A stretch of 64,000 nt of DNA from an uncultured Chloroflexia bacterium (GTDB lineage Bacteria > Chloroflexota > Limnocylindria > Limnocylindrales > CSP1-4), in the NCBI GenBank assembly GCA_963813335.1, contig CAWEYL010000003.1:192001-256000 (forward strand), read 5' to 3'. Shown here one piece after another: positions 31,039 through 41,692 of the stretch (positions are counted from its first letter, which is position 1; each line of letters begins with the position of its first letter). The notes beneath the pieces are model-generated. The model did not search any database. It was not told where the DNA came from and saw only the letters and a program-made list of their open reading frames with translations. A program made the translations under genes and the position numbers.

Positions 31039-31867
31039 TCAGGTCGCCGGCGGCCAGTACCCCGGCAGCGGGTCCTCGCGGCCGTCGCCCCACACCTCCG
31101 GGCCGCAGAAGAACGGCCGCGCGCGGGGCGCTGGCAGGGATGCCGGATCCGCCCGCCAGGCGTCCAGCGTCGAGGCCAGCCAGGCCTCGATCTCGGCGAA
31201 CTCCGTCCAGCGCTGGAACGGCCAGCCCGCCTCGAGGCAGATGCGCACGAGCGATCGCTTCGCGAAGACGATGTCGCTGTAGCCGGCGGCGTAGCGGTCG
31301 CTCTCGCCGTCGCCGATGAACACGACCGCCCGGCCGGCGGCCTGGTGCTCGAGCACGCGCTGCCGCTTGCACGTCCCGCAGACCAGGCAGGTCGGATGGC
31401 CGTTCGGGATAGTCGATGCGGGCCCTGCGGCCCTGGAAGGTCGTCGTCGCGGTGACCACCGGGAGGTCGCCGACCCCGAGGGCGACCAGCGCCGGCTCGA
31501 TGAAGAACCCGAACCCGTCCGAGACGACCTCGACCGGGATCCCCGCTGCGATCGCGTGGCGCGCGAACGGCACGAACCCGGCGTCGTGGGGCTGGGCGGC
31601 GGCCACGTCGAACAGCGCGTCGGGGTCCGTGTCGACCATCGCCATCTCGAGGGTCATCAGCCGCCGCGACCCGATCAGCCCGGCGTCGTAGGCGACGACC
31701 TCCTGCTCCCAGTCGCCGTGCACGAACTCGGCCATGACCGTGTCGGAGACGTCGCTCAACGCGATCGTCCCGTCGTAGTCGACGAGGATGGCCAGCGGCG
31801 GGTCGCCCGGGGCGAGCGGCGCGACCGGCGGCCGGAGGCCCGGAGACCGGCCCGGCTCCGCGGTCAT
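31039..31867 (-). CDS. HAD-IB family phosphatase (MtnX-like); apparent +1 frameshift near 31405
   Basis: DYDGTI, VVSDGFGF, then in the shifted frame CLVCGTCK...FIGDGESD..AA...DIVFAK. Confidence 0.85.
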
Positions 31868-32872
31868 GCGGCCGACCGCCGGGGTGCGGGTCGCCGCGAG
31901 GCCATCCGGGTCAGGGCGACCCCGCCGAGGATGATCGCGCCGCCGAGGACCTGGCCCAGCCGGATCGGCTCACCGAGGAACACGAAGGCGAGGACCACCG
32001 CGAAGGCGGGGACCAGGGCCTGGATCGTGATGACCCGCGTCGGCCCGAGCCAGCGCACGCCGTTGAACACGACGACGTTCGCGAGGGCGGCGGCGAGGAT
32101 CCCGGAATACGCGACCGACAGGACGATCTGCTGGAGCGCCCCGGGCGCCGACAGGTCGACCGCTCCGGGCGCCACGAGCTGGCCGATGCCGGGGATCGCG
32201 AGGACGAGCGCGCCGCCGACCGTGCCCCAGGTGGTGAGGACGAGCGGCGAGCGACGCTGCAGGATCCGTGCGCCGACCGCGGTGAACGTGCCCCAGCAGA
32301 CGGCCGCGCCCAGGGTCAGCGCGAACCCGATGGGCGAGCCCGTGAGATCGATGCCGACCCCGGCCCCGATGACGATCACGACGCCGATGAACGAGACGGC
32401 GACGCCGAGCGCCTTGGTGGGGCTCAAGCGTGTCCGTCCCGACGAGCACGGCGAGGACGGCCGTGACGACGGGGGTCGAGGCGATCAGGAGGGCCGAGTC
32501 GCCGGCCGGGATGGACTGCAGCCCGACGGTCCACAGGATCTGGTACAGGCCGAAGCCGACACCACCCAGCGCGATGATCCGCCACCCGTCGGGCCGGGGC
32601 AGCCGCAGGCTCCCTTCCGACCGCCACAGGATGAGCAACAGGGTGAGCGAGGCGAGGACGTACCGGGCGAACGTGAACCCGATCGGCGGCATGATCTGGA
32701 GGACGTCCTTCACCACGATGAAGTTCGCCGCCCAGACCACCATGACCCCGGCGACGCTCAGCTCGACGAGGCCGCGATCGGTCCCGAGCCGGATCGCCGA
32801 CGCCCGGCCGGCAGGCGCGCGGTCGCCGGACGCTCGGACGCCCGCCGGTCCACCGGCGGGCGTCTGGGTCAC
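31864..32872 (-). CDS. DMT/EamA transporter; apparent +1 frameshift near 32428
   Basis: VWAANF..K, FARY, SALLIASTP, VLAFVFLGE, split over two frames. Confidence 0.85.
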
Positions 32873-32919
32873 CTGGTCCGAGGTTCCCGCCGGGTCGTCG
32901 GCGGGTTCGACCGAGTCGA

Positions 32920-33075
32920 TCAGGCGCCCTCGCTATCGAGTTCCAGGATCTCCTCGTCGGCTTCCTCGGTCAGCTTGAGCCAGACGAAGAGGCCCGCGAG
33001 CACGGCGAGCGGGATGACGATGAGCGCGCCGAGCGTGATGCCAAGCGCCACGGCGACCGTCTTGAGTGCCTTCAT
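32920..33075 (-). CDS. Small single-TM protein with acidic C-terminus
   Basis: GGAGG RBS; MKALKTVAVALGITLGALIVIPLAVLAGLFVWLKLTEEADEEILELDSEGA. Confidence 0.65.
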   Translation of the reverse strand: MKALKTVAVALGITLGALIVIPLAVLAGLFVWLKLTEEADEEILELDSEGA

Positions 33076-33097
33076 GGCTGAGTCCTCCGAGCTGCGA

Positions 33098-33637
33098 TCA
33101 GGACGCTGCCGGGGCACTCGCCCCGGATCCCTTCTCCGGATAGCGAAGGCTGGGGCCCTTGGCGACCAGTCCGTCGATGTCGTCCTTGGTGAATTCGGTG
33201 AGCGTGTGGCGGCTGCCCGAGGTCCCCCCGGCGCCGGAGACCATCAGCCGGAGGACGAATGCGCCCTCCTGCTCGAAGAAGAAGACGTCGAGCGGCTTCT
33301 GCTCGTCGATGTAGCGGCCCATCACGCGGAAGGCGGCCTCGTAGTGCCCGGCGACGTGCGGCGGGGGCGGGGGCGTCCGGTTGCGGCGCGCGGCCGCCTC
33401 CTCCATGAACCGGGCGATGTCGTCATCGACGAAGGTCAGGGTCTCCTTGACCAGCGTGCCCATGGTGTCGCTCCACGAGGAGCTGCTCGCTCCGGAGATC
33501 ACCAGGCCCTGGACGATGAACCCATCCGGCGCCTCGACGAGCAGGACGTCGCGCATGCCGCGCTGGTCGATGAACGCGCCGATGCTGCGAAAGACCTCTT
33601 CGAAGTCCTGCCGTGGACTCCCCTCGTAGATCCGCAT
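33098..33637 (-). CDS. Hypothetical protein with internal tandem duplication
   Basis: GGAGG RBS, upstream TACACT; two copies of [FY]E..FR..G.[FY]ID...DV...E...F...F..DDI. Confidence 0.75.
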   Translation of the reverse strand: MRIYEGSPRQDFEEVFRSIGAFIDQRGMRDVLLVEAPDGFIVQGLVISGASSSSWSDTMGTLVKETLTFVDDDIARFMEEAAARRNRTPPPPPHVAGHYEAAFRVMGRYIDEQKPLDVFFFEQEGAFVLRLMVSGAGGTSGSRHTLTEFTKDDIDGLVAKGPSLRYPEKGSGASAPAAS

Positions 33638-33748
33638 GTCGGGTTCGATCCTCCGTCAGGAGCAGGGTGTCGAGCGGTCGACGCCGGTCGGCCGAGTGTA
33701 CCAGCGCGCCACGCCCGGGCAAGGCGGATGGGTGCGTCGGCGCACCCG

Positions 33749-34706
33749 TCAGTTGCTGAAGTCGACGGCCGCGACCCGGCGCGCGATCTCCCCGCGCGAC
33801 CCGGGCGTCGTTGACGATCAGGGCGGTGTTCGCGCGCACGGACGCGCCGTCGGTCAGGGTGGCGATGCGGGCCAGCAGCCAGGGCGTGAGCGCCGGTCCG
33901 CCGATGCCCTCGGCGTCCGCTTCGTGGACGGCCTGGTCGACGACGGCTCTCACCTGCTCCTCCGGGAGCGCGACGTCCGCTGGCACCGGGACGCAGACCA
34001 GGATGCCGCCGCCGAGCCCCATGGCGAGGACATGGCCGACCTGGTACGCGGCCATGGCGATGTCCGGGACGCTCTGGAGCGCCTTGATCCCCGACGAGCG
34101 GGCGTAGAAGCCAGGCACGTCTTCCTGGCCGACGGCGACGACCGGCACGCCGCGGGTCTCGAGGTATTCGAGCGTCGCCGGGACGTCCAGGATGGCCTTC
34201 GGTCCGGCGCAGACGACCGCGACGGCCGTGCGGCCGAGCTCCTCGAGGTCCGACGAGATGTCGAGCGTCGGGGGGACCGTCGAACCCGGGACGCCGAGCG
34301 CCCCGCGGTGGACGCCGCCGATGCCGCCGGTCGCATGGACCGAGATGCCGGCGGCATGCGCGGCGATCATCGTCGCGGAGACCGTGGTGGCGGCGAGCCC
34401 GGGCCAGGAGAGGGCCTTGGCGAGGGTCGGCCGCGACGCCTTCTGGACCGTCCCCGCGGGGGCCGTCGCGAATGCCTCCAGCTCCGAGGGCGGCAGCCCG
34501 ACGAGCACCCGGCCGTTCATGACGGCGACCGTCGCCGGGACGGCGCCCGCCTCGCGGACCGCGGCCTCGGAGGCGAGGGCGACCTCGAGGTTCGCCGGGT
34601 ACGGGAGGCCATGGCTGATCAGCGTCGACTCGAGGGCGACGACCCCCTGGCCGTCGGCAAGGGCCTGGGCGACCTCGGGTTGCACGAACAGGCGGTCCTT
34701 GAACAT
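33749..34706 (-). CDS. psuG: Pseudouridine-5'-phosphate glycosidase; apparent +1 frameshift near 33796
   Basis: VVALESTLISHGLPYP, ATTVSATM, TGGIGGVHRG, DISSDL, CAGPKAILD, TPWLL; corrected end ...EIARRVAAVDFSN*. Confidence 0.9.
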
Positions 34707-34802
34707 CGCGGTCAAGCGTAGCCACTCGCCCGTCCCACGACGTGGGGCAAGTGACGCCGGGCATGCCGGGGCGGACTGCCTCCCGGTACCCTGACCGCTG
34801 CC

Positions 34803-36884
34803 ATGGCCCACCGACCCGACCGTCCCCCGATGACCCCGGCCGACATCCGCCGCCAGGTCGTCGTCGAGGAGCTCGACCTCGCGCGCGATGGCTCCATGGC
34901 GGTCGTCGTCCGCCGGACCATCCGCGGCATCCGCTATCACGGCCACCTGCTGGCGGTCCCGCTCGACGGGCGCCGCGCGGGCATCCCCCGGCCGCGGACC
35001 CTGACCAGCGGCGTCGTCCGCGACACGCGGCCGCGCATCTCGCCGGACGGGCGGACCGTCGCGTTCGTCCGGACCGACCCCGCCGACGACGACGCCCCCG
35101 CGACCCTGCGGCTCATCGGCATCGACGGCGGCCGCGTCCGCACCGTCCGGCGCGGCCGCCACGGTGGGGTCGGCGAGATCGCCTGGTCGCCTGACGGGAC
35201 CCGGATCGCGTTCACGGCCGAGGTCGACCCGCCACGCTGGCTCGTCGGACCGGTCGCGCGTGTCGGCGCCACCGACAAGGACAGCCCGCGGGCGCGCCGG
35301 ATCACCCGGACCGATTGGCGTTGGGATGAGGAGGGCCACCAGGACCGCTGGTCGCACCTGTGGGTCGTGGACGTCGTTCGGGGTGCCGTGCCCCGCCAGG
35401 TCACCGCCGGCGACTGGGGCGTCAGCGACATCGCGTGGCATCCCGACGGGCGGACCGTGGTCTTCACGAGCGACCGCGGACCGGAGCCGGACCTCGCGCC
35501 GCGCACCACGATCTGGGCGGTGGACGCCGGCGGCGACCCCGGCACCTCGGTCCCGCGCGAGATCCTCGCTCCGGGCGGCTGGGCGATCAAGCCGGCGGTC
35601 TCGCCCGACGGGCGCTGGGTCGCGGCGATCGGCGTGCTGGAGCCGCTCCCGATCGACGACATCAGCCCGACCGTCCTGGTCGCACCCGCGGACGGCAGCC
35701 ATGCCGCGACGCCGGTCGACCTCGCGCCGGACCTCGACCGGCCGATCGCGAACTGGACCGACAGCGACCTGACCGGCTGGATGGTCTCCGGCCGGCACGG
35801 CCCGACCTGGATCGACCCGGCCACCCTCGTCGCCACGGTCTCGGATCGCGGCCGGTCGCGACCGCACCTCTTCACGCTCGATGCGACGGGCCAGCCCGCC
35901 GGCCATCGGGCAGCCGTCGCCGGCGAGATCGTCACCCACACGATCGCGGCGAGCCAGCGCCGCGATGACGGCTCCGCGACGGTCGCCTACCTCGCGACGG
36001 ACGGCCCGCGCGCGATGGAGCTCTCCACCGTCGAGCTGCCCGGCGACGCGCCGCGGCGGCGGACACGGATCGGCTCGGCGTGGCAGGACCGCTTCGCGCC
36101 GATCGCGATGCGGCTCGTCCAGGCCCCCGGCGCGGCCGGGCCGATCGACGTCTGGATGGCGACCCTGGCCGGCAAGGCGGACGAGCACCTGCCGACGGTG
36201 GTCGACATCCATGGCGGACCGCTCGGGGCGTGGGCGCCGTCGCCGCACGTGGAGGTGATCCTCCTCGCGTCGGCGGGCTATCGCGTCGTGCTCCCCAACA
36301 TCCGCGGCTCGGCGACCTATGGCCGCGACTGGATCCGTCCGCAGTTGGGCGATTGGGGCGGGGTCGATGCCGACGATGTCCACGCCGCGGTCGACCATGT
36401 CGTCGCCCTCGGGCTGGCCGACCCGGATCGGCTGGGGATCCTCGGGCTCAGCTACGGCGGGTTCATGGTCAACTGGATGGTCGGCACGACCGACCGCTTC
36501 CGCGCCGCCGTGTCCGACAACGGCGTCGCCAACCAGGTGTCCGCGTGGGCCAACTCCGACTCCGGACCGGAATACACCCGGGCGGCGCTGATGGGCGACA
36601 CGCTGTCAGCCGAAGGCGTCGAGAAGCTCTGGCGCCAGTCACCGCTGCGCCACGTGGCCGACGTCCACACGCCGCTCCTGATGCTGCAGGGCGAGGCGGA
36701 CCTGCGCTGCCCGGCCGCCGACAACGAGCAGTTCTTCATCGCCCTGCGGCACCTGGGCCGGACCGTCGAGTACGTCCTCTACCCCGAGGAGTACCACGTG
36801 TTCGGGAACGCCGGCCGACCCGACCGGCGCATCGATCGGCAGGAGCGGATGCTCGCCTGGTTCGACCGCTACCTGCGCGACTAG
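34803..36884 (+). CDS. S9 family (prolyl oligopeptidase/acylaminoacyl) peptidase
   Basis: PD40-type SPDG repeats, DIHGGP, GLSYGG, D-LRC, EEYH. Confidence 0.92.
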   Translation: MAHRPDRPPMTPADIRRQVVVEELDLARDGSMAVVVRRTIRGIRYHGHLLAVPLDGRRAGIPRPRTLTSGVVRDTRPRISPDGRTVAFVRTDPADDDAPATLRLIGIDGGRVRTVRRGRHGGVGEIAWSPDGTRIAFTAEVDPPRWLVGPVARVGATDKDSPRARRITRTDWRWDEEGHQDRWSHLWVVDVVRGAVPRQVTAGDWGVSDIAWHPDGRTVVFTSDRGPEPDLAPRTTIWAVDAGGDPGTSVPREILAPGGWAIKPAVSPDGRWVAAIGVLEPLPIDDISPTVLVAPADGSHAATPVDLAPDLDRPIANWTDSDLTGWMVSGRHGPTWIDPATLVATVSDRGRSRPHLFTLDATGQPAGHRAAVAGEIVTHTIAASQRRDDGSATVAYLATDGPRAMELSTVELPGDAPRRRTRIGSAWQDRFAPIAMRLVQAPGAAGPIDVWMATLAGKADEHLPTVVDIHGGPLGAWAPSPHVEVILLASAGYRVVLPNIRGSATYGRDWIRPQLGDWGGVDADDVHAAVDHVVALGLADPDRLGILGLSYGGFMVNWMVGTTDRFRAAVSDNGVANQVSAWANSDSGPEYTRAALMGDTLSAEGVEKLWRQSPLRHVADVHTPLLMLQGEADLRCPAADNEQFFIALRHLGRTVEYVLYPEEYHVFGNAGRPDRRIDRQERMLAWFDRYLRD

Positions 36885-36899
36885 GGCCGTCGCCCGGCC

Positions 36900-37889
36900 T
36901 CAGGCGAGCGGCAGCTCCGGGCGCGGGACCGAGATCTGCCGGCCCGCGGCCCGATGGCCGGCGAGGGCCGCCCGATGCAGCGACGCGGCCACGGACCGCC
37001 CGCTCGAGCGAGCGGCGAACCACCCGACCAGGAACCCGGCATCGAACGCGTCGCCGGCCCCCGTGGTGTCCGTGGCCAGACGACGTTCTGTGGCCACCTC
37101 GAAGCGGACGCGCTCCGCGCCGTCCCGGGCGAGGACCGTGGCGCCCTTCGCGCCCCGCTTCACGACGGCGATCGGCGCCGACTCCAGCAACCCCTCGACC
37201 GCGTGATGTCCCAGGAACGCCTGGGCCTCGGCGGCCGTGGCGAAGAGCAGGTCGGGGGCGATGCCATCGATGCGCTCGCGCGCGGCGCGCCGGCCGTCCG
37301 CCAGGAGCGGCCCGATCGACGCCAGGTCGAGGCTGACGATCGCCCCCGCTGCGCGCGCGAGCTCGATCGCGCGGAGACCGGCCTGGCCGAGCGGCTGGCC
37401 GATCAGCGAGTAGACCGGCAGGTGGAGCGCATCGGCGCCGGCGAACCATGCCGCCTGGAGGTCGTCGGGGCGGAGCGCGTCGGCAGCGCCGCGGTCCGCG
37501 ACGAAGCTGCGCTCGCCGTCGGGCGTGACCAGCACGCCGATCCGGCCGGTCCGCGCGCCGGCGACACGCATGACCCGGGGCGTGACCTTGTCCGCACGGA
37601 GGACCTCGACCAGCGCCCGGCCCGCGGCGTCCCGTCCGACCGAGGCGACCAGCGTGCTCCGCGCCCCCAGCCGCCCGATCCACCGGGCGGTCGTCGCCGC
37701 CGATCCGCCCGCGACCAGCGCCACGTGCCCGGGTACGTCGGAGCCCGCCAGCATCGGCGTGGCCGGCGCGAGCACGACATCGACCATGAGGTCGCCCAGG
37801 ACCACGATCCGCGGCACGGACGCCGCGGGGCCGCGGGGCCGCCGAGGTCGGCTCGGACGATGCGGCCGGGGCGGTCGGAGGCTCGGCAT
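36900..37889 (-). CDS. PfkB family carbohydrate kinase (candidate pseudouridine kinase)
   Basis: GDLMVD, GGSAA, VGRDAAG, KRGAKGA, DTTGAGDAFDAG. Confidence 0.85.
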   Translation of the reverse strand: MPSLRPPRPHRPSRPRRPRGPAASVPRIVVLGDLMVDVVLAPATPMLAGSDVPGHVALVAGGSAATTARWIGRLGARSTLVASVGRDAAGRALVEVLRADKVTPRVMRVAGARTGRIGVLVTPDGERSFVADRGAADALRPDDLQAAWFAGADALHLPVYSLIGQPLGQAGLRAIELARAAGAIVSLDLASIGPLLADGRRAARERIDGIAPDLLFATAAEAQAFLGHHAVEGLLESAPIAVVKRGAKGATVLARDGAERVRFEVATERRLATDTTGAGDAFDAGFLVGWFAARSSGRSVAASLHRAALAGHRAAGRQISVPRPELPLA

Positions 37890-37986
37890 ATCGGGATGGT
37901 AGCGGCGCGACCGGGCGTGGCGAGCCGCCGCGGACCGCGACCTACAATGACGCCCTTACCCCTCGCCCCGACACCGGAGCTGCCCG

Positions 37987-40053
37987 ATGACCGCCGTGAC
38001 GCCCGACCTCGACCGCCTCGCGATCGACACCATCCGCACGCTGTCGATCGATGGCGTCCAGCAGGCGAACTCCGGGCACCCGGGCGCCCCGATGGGTGCC
38101 GCGCCGATGGCCTACACGCTCTGGACGCGCTTCCTGCGCCATGCCCCGACGCACCCGGACTGGGCGGATCGCGACCGCTTCGTCCTGAGCGCCGGCCACG
38201 CCAGCATGCTGCTGTACTCGCTGCTCCACCTGACCGGCTACGACCTCTCGCTCGACGACCTCAAGCAGTTCCGCCAGTGGGGCAGCCGGACGCCCGGCCA
38301 CCCGGAGTACGGCCTGACGCCGGGCGTCGAGGCGACCACCGGCCCGCTCGGCCAGGGCCTCACGAACGCGGTCGGCATGGCCATCGCCGAGCGCCGGCTC
38401 GCGGCCGAGTTCAACCGCGCCGGCCACGACCTCGTCGACCACTGGACCTACGTGATCGCGTCGGACGGCGACCTCCAGGAGGGCATCGCGTCCGAGGCGT
38501 GCAGCCTGGCCGGGCACCTGCGGCTCGGCAAGCTGGTCGTCCTCTACGACGACAACCACATCCAGCTCGACGGCCCGACCTCGATGGCGTGGTCGGAGGA
38601 CGTGATCAAGCGCTTCGAGGCCTACGGCTGGGACGCCCGGCGGGTCGAGGATGGCAACGATGTCGCCGCCATCGAGGCCGCGATCGAGGCCGCCCGCGGC
38701 GACGACCGACCGAGCCTGATCGCCGTCCGCACCCACATCGGGTACGGCAGCCCGAACAAGCAGGACAGCCAGAAGGCGCACGGCTCGCCGCTCGGCCCCG
38801 ACGAGGTCCGCCTCGTCAAGGAGGCGTACGGTTGGGACCCGGACAAGACCTTCTACATCCCCGACGACGCGCTCGCGGTCTTCCGCGAGGCCGTGCCCGA
38901 GGGCGACCGGCTCGTCGCCGAGTGGGAGGCGCGGTTCTACGCGTATCGCGACGCCTATCCCGCGGAGGCGGCGGAGTTCCGTCGCCGGATGACCCGCGGC
39001 GGGCTCCAGGCCGGCTGGGACGCCGACCTCAAGGTCTACGAGACCGGTTCCGAGGTCGCGACGCGCAACGCGAGCCAGGACGCCATCAATGCCCTGGCGA
39101 CGCGGGTGCCGGAGCTGTTCGGCGGCGCCGCCGACCTGTCGGAGTCGAACCTGACCGACGTCAAGGGCGAGCCGAACTTCGAGGCCGGGCAGCCGGGCCG
39201 GAACCTCCGCTTCGGTGTCCGCGAGCACGCGATGGGCGGCATCGCCAACGGCATCGCCTACCACGGCGGCTTCATCCCGTACGACGCCACGTTCCTGACC
39301 TTCAGCGACTACATGCGCGGGTCCGTGCGGCTGTCGGCGCTGGCCGGGCTCCACGTCATCGATGTCTGGACGCACGACTCGGTCGGCCTCGGCGAGGACG
39401 GGCCGACGCACCAGCCGGTCGAGCACTACGCGGCGCTGCGGGCGATCCCGAACCTGTGGTTCGTTCGGCCAGGCGACGCCAACGAGACGTCGGCGGCCTG
39501 GGCGATGGCCGTCGAGCGCGGCGACGGCCCGGTCGCCCTGGCGCTCACCCGCCAGAAGCTCCCGACGTTGCCAGGGACCGACACGCTCGCGCGCGAGGGA
39601 GTCCGACGCGGCGGGTACGTGTTGCGCGAGGCGAGCGGCGGCGCGCCGCAGCTGATCATGATCGGCACCGGGTCGGAGCTGCAGCTGGCGTTCGCGACCG
39701 CCGAGACGCTCGAGGCCGAGGGGGTCCCGACGCGAGTCGTCTCGCTCCCCTGCTGGGAGCGCTTCGACGACCAGGACCAGGCGTATCGGGACGCGGTGCT
39801 GCCGCCAGCCGTGCGCAAGCGGGTCAGCGTCGAGATCGGCGTCTCGCTCGGCTGGGAGCGGTGGGTCGGCGACGAGGGCGCGATCATCGGGCTCGACCAC
39901 TTCGGCGCCTCGGCGCCGGCCGGCACGATCTTCGAGCACTTCGGGTTCACCGCGGACCGGGTCGCGGACGTCGCGCGGCGCGTGGTGCGCGAGGGCCTGC
40001 GCGGCCGGATCCCGACGGTCGATGGCGGTCACTTCGGCGCGAGGCACACCTAG
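37987..40053 (+). CDS. tkt: Transketolase
   Basis: [51 protein letters not shown]. Confidence 0.97.
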   Translation: MTAVTPDLDRLAIDTIRTLSIDGVQQANSGHPGAPMGAAPMAYTLWTRFLRHAPTHPDWADRDRFVLSAGHASMLLYSLLHLTGYDLSLDDLKQFRQWGSRTPGHPEYGLTPGVEATTGPLGQGLTNAVGMAIAERRLAAEFNRAGHDLVDHWTYVIASDGDLQEGIASEACSLAGHLRLGKLVVLYDDNHIQLDGPTSMAWSEDVIKRFEAYGWDARRVEDGNDVAAIEAAIEAARGDDRPSLIAVRTHIGYGSPNKQDSQKAHGSPLGPDEVRLVKEAYGWDPDKTFYIPDDALAVFREAVPEGDRLVAEWEARFYAYRDAYPAEAAEFRRRMTRGGLQAGWDADLKVYETGSEVATRNASQDAINALATRVPELFGGAADLSESNLTDVKGEPNFEAGQPGRNLRFGVREHAMGGIANGIAYHGGFIPYDATFLTFSDYMRGSVRLSALAGLHVIDVWTHDSVGLGEDGPTHQPVEHYAALRAIPNLWFVRPGDANETSAAWAMAVERGDGPVALALTRQKLPTLPGTDTLAREGVRRGGYVLREASGGAPQLIMIGTGSELQLAFATAETLEAEGVPTRVVSLPCWERFDDQDQAYRDAVLPPAVRKRVSVEIGVSLGWERWVGDEGAIIGLDHFGASAPAGTIFEHFGFTADRVADVARRVVREGLRGRIPTVDGGHFGARHT

Positions 40054-40073
40054 GCGGGAGGTCTGACGACCAA

Positions 40074-40108
40074 GATATGCAGAGATGCCTTGACCGTCTG
40101 CATATCAT
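40074..40108 (+). promoter_or_regulatory. vapBC operator inverted repeat overlapping -10
   Basis: GATATGCAGA-N13-TCTGCATATC; TATCAT at 40103-08. Confidence 0.7.
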
Positions 40109-40114
40109 TCGGAC

Positions 40115-40336
40115 ATGAAGAAGCACACCACCATCGACCTCGACATGGTCCTGGTCGGAGAAGCCGCCGTCGTCCTTGAGACCAAGCGGGTCACCGAAAC
40201 GGTCCACGCGGCGCTCCAACGGGTCGTCGATGCGGAACGGCGGCTGCGCCTCCTCGAGCTTGATCCAGCGCTGTCGCTCGACGATCTCGCTGCTGACCGA
40301 CGCGGGCGCTTCGACAAGTCGATCACGCATCCGTGA
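40115..40336 (+). CDS. vapB: VapB-type (RHH) antitoxin
   Basis: KHTTIDLD..LV.EA..VL.TK...ETVHAAL; upstream of a PIN toxin. Confidence 0.85.
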   Translation: MKKHTTIDLDMVLVGEAAVVLETKRVTETVHAALQRVVDAERRLRLLELDPALSLDDLAADRRGRFDKSITHP

Positions 40337-40752
40337 CGGAAGTCCTCGATACGAGTGCCCTGATCCTCGCGAGGCGAGATCCGGCGGTCGCCGAGTGGCT
40401 GCGGGCGGCGATCGTGGCCGACCGAGTCGCCATCTGCGATCAGGTCGCGATCGAGTACCTGCGTGGGGCACGAAGCGCGGCTGAGTTCGACGAGTACGAC
40501 GACGTCCTGTCCGCGTTTCCGCGGCTCCGGATCGAGCCCGTCGATTGGGATCGGATCCGCGTCGTGTATCGATCCTTGAGCGCGATCACCGGCGGCTATC
40601 AACAGAGCGTGCCGATCGCCGACGCACTGATCGCCGCGGTGGCCGAACGGCATGGGCTCACGGTCGTCCACTACGACCAGGACTTCGACCGCATCGCCGC
40701 CATCACCGGACAGGATGTCCGCTGGGTCGCGCCCCGTGGATCAGTCGCCTAG
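40333..40752 (+). CDS. vapC: VapC/PIN domain toxin
   Basis: VLDTSAL, IEYLRGARS, IADALIAAVAE, VHYDQDFDRI. Confidence 0.92.
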   Translation: MTEVLDTSALILARRDPAVAEWLRAAIVADRVAICDQVAIEYLRGARSAAEFDEYDDVLSAFPRLRIEPVDWDRIRVVYRSLSAITGGYQQSVPIADALIAAVAERHGLTVVHYDQDFDRIAAITGQDVRWVAPRGSVA

Positions 40753-40763
40753 GCGACTCGTGA

Positions 40764-40789
40764 CGCAACGGAATCCGTTGCGCTAGACT
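40764..40789 (+). promoter_or_regulatory. Xre-RES operator palindrome next to -10
   Basis: CGCAACGGA-A-TCCGTTGCG followed by TAGACT-N6-ATG. Confidence 0.7.
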
Positions 40790-40795
40790 TCAGGC

Positions 40796-41128
40796 ATGGC
40801 CATCACCGCGGCAGACCGGGTCCGCTCGCTCGTCGAGGATTTCGGGGGGCAGGCGGAGGTCGCCCGGGCGCTCGGGGTCGACCGGTCGCGCGTCACTCGC
40901 TGGCTCCGCGATGCGGCGCCGGATGCCGCCAACAAGCGCAAGCTCGAATCGATCGAGTTCGCGATGGCGCGCCTCCTGCAGACCTTTCACCGCGAGACCG
41001 CGGTCTCGTGGCTCTACGGCATGAACGCCCACCTCGGCGACCGGCGGCCGATCGACCTGCTCGCCGCCGGGCGCGTCTCCGAGGTCCTCGCGGCCATCGA
41101 GGCCGAGGAGACCGGCGCCTACGCGTGA
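40796..41128 (+). CDS. Xre/MbcA/ParS-type antitoxin (HTH + C-terminal toxin-binding domain)
   Basis: QAEVARALGVDRSRVTRW; WLYGMNAHLGDRRPIDLL..G....VL. Confidence 0.88.
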   Translation: MAITAADRVRSLVEDFGGQAEVARALGVDRSRVTRWLRDAAPDAANKRKLESIEFAMARLLQTFHRETAVSWLYGMNAHLGDRRPIDLLAAGRVSEVLAAIEAEETGAYA

Positions 41129-41670
41129 CCCTCTACCGGGTCTTCCCGTGGGCGCCGCGGCGGTTCGTCCGCCCTCTCGACGTCCCGCGCGACCGCCAGG
41201 GCGCGAACCGGCACGACAACCCGGACCTGTACACGGCCCTCTACCTGGCGCGTGAGCCGGACGGCGCCATCGCCGAGGCGATCCAGGGGTTCCGCGGTCG
41301 GACGCTGACGGACCGGGACCTGGAGCGGGCGGACGGCCGGCGGCTCGCGCTGGCGACGCTGGACGACCGCGAGGTCCCGCCGCTCGTCGACCTCGACGAC
41401 CCGGCGGAGCTGGTCGCCCGGGGCTGGCGGCCGTCGCAGGTGGCGACCCGGCATCGGGCCACGACCCAGTCGATCGCGCGGACCCTGTTCGAGGACGGCG
41501 CCGTCGGCTGCTCGTGGTGGTCGGCGCTCGAGGCGTCGTGGACGAACGTCACGCTGTTCGGGAGCCGCGGCGGCCGGCTGGCCCTCGAGGCCCCGACGGA
41601 GCCGCTGACGATCTCGCATCCGGCCCTGGTCACCGCCGCCGAGCGGCTCGGCATCGCCCTCGGTCGGTGA
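41125..41670 (+). CDS. RES domain toxin (putative NAD+-consuming)
   Basis: GTGA overlap; LYRV..GANRHD...ALYLA...AIAE...TQ.IAR.L...WWSA...NVTLF (R-E-S triad). Confidence 0.85.
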   Translation: MTLYRVFPWAPRRFVRPLDVPRDRQGANRHDNPDLYTALYLAREPDGAIAEAIQGFRGRTLTDRDLERADGRRLALATLDDREVPPLVDLDDPAELVARGWRPSQVATRHRATTQSIARTLFEDGAVGCSWWSALEASWTNVTLFGSRGGRLALEAPTEPLTISHPALVTAAERLGIALGR

Positions 41671-41692
41671 CGGCCGTATCCTTCGAGGCCTG

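Noticed and set aside
33423-36398. 991-aa ORF containing psuG
   Set aside because: The N-terminal part is the antisense of the S9 peptidase and the C-terminal tail results from an indel
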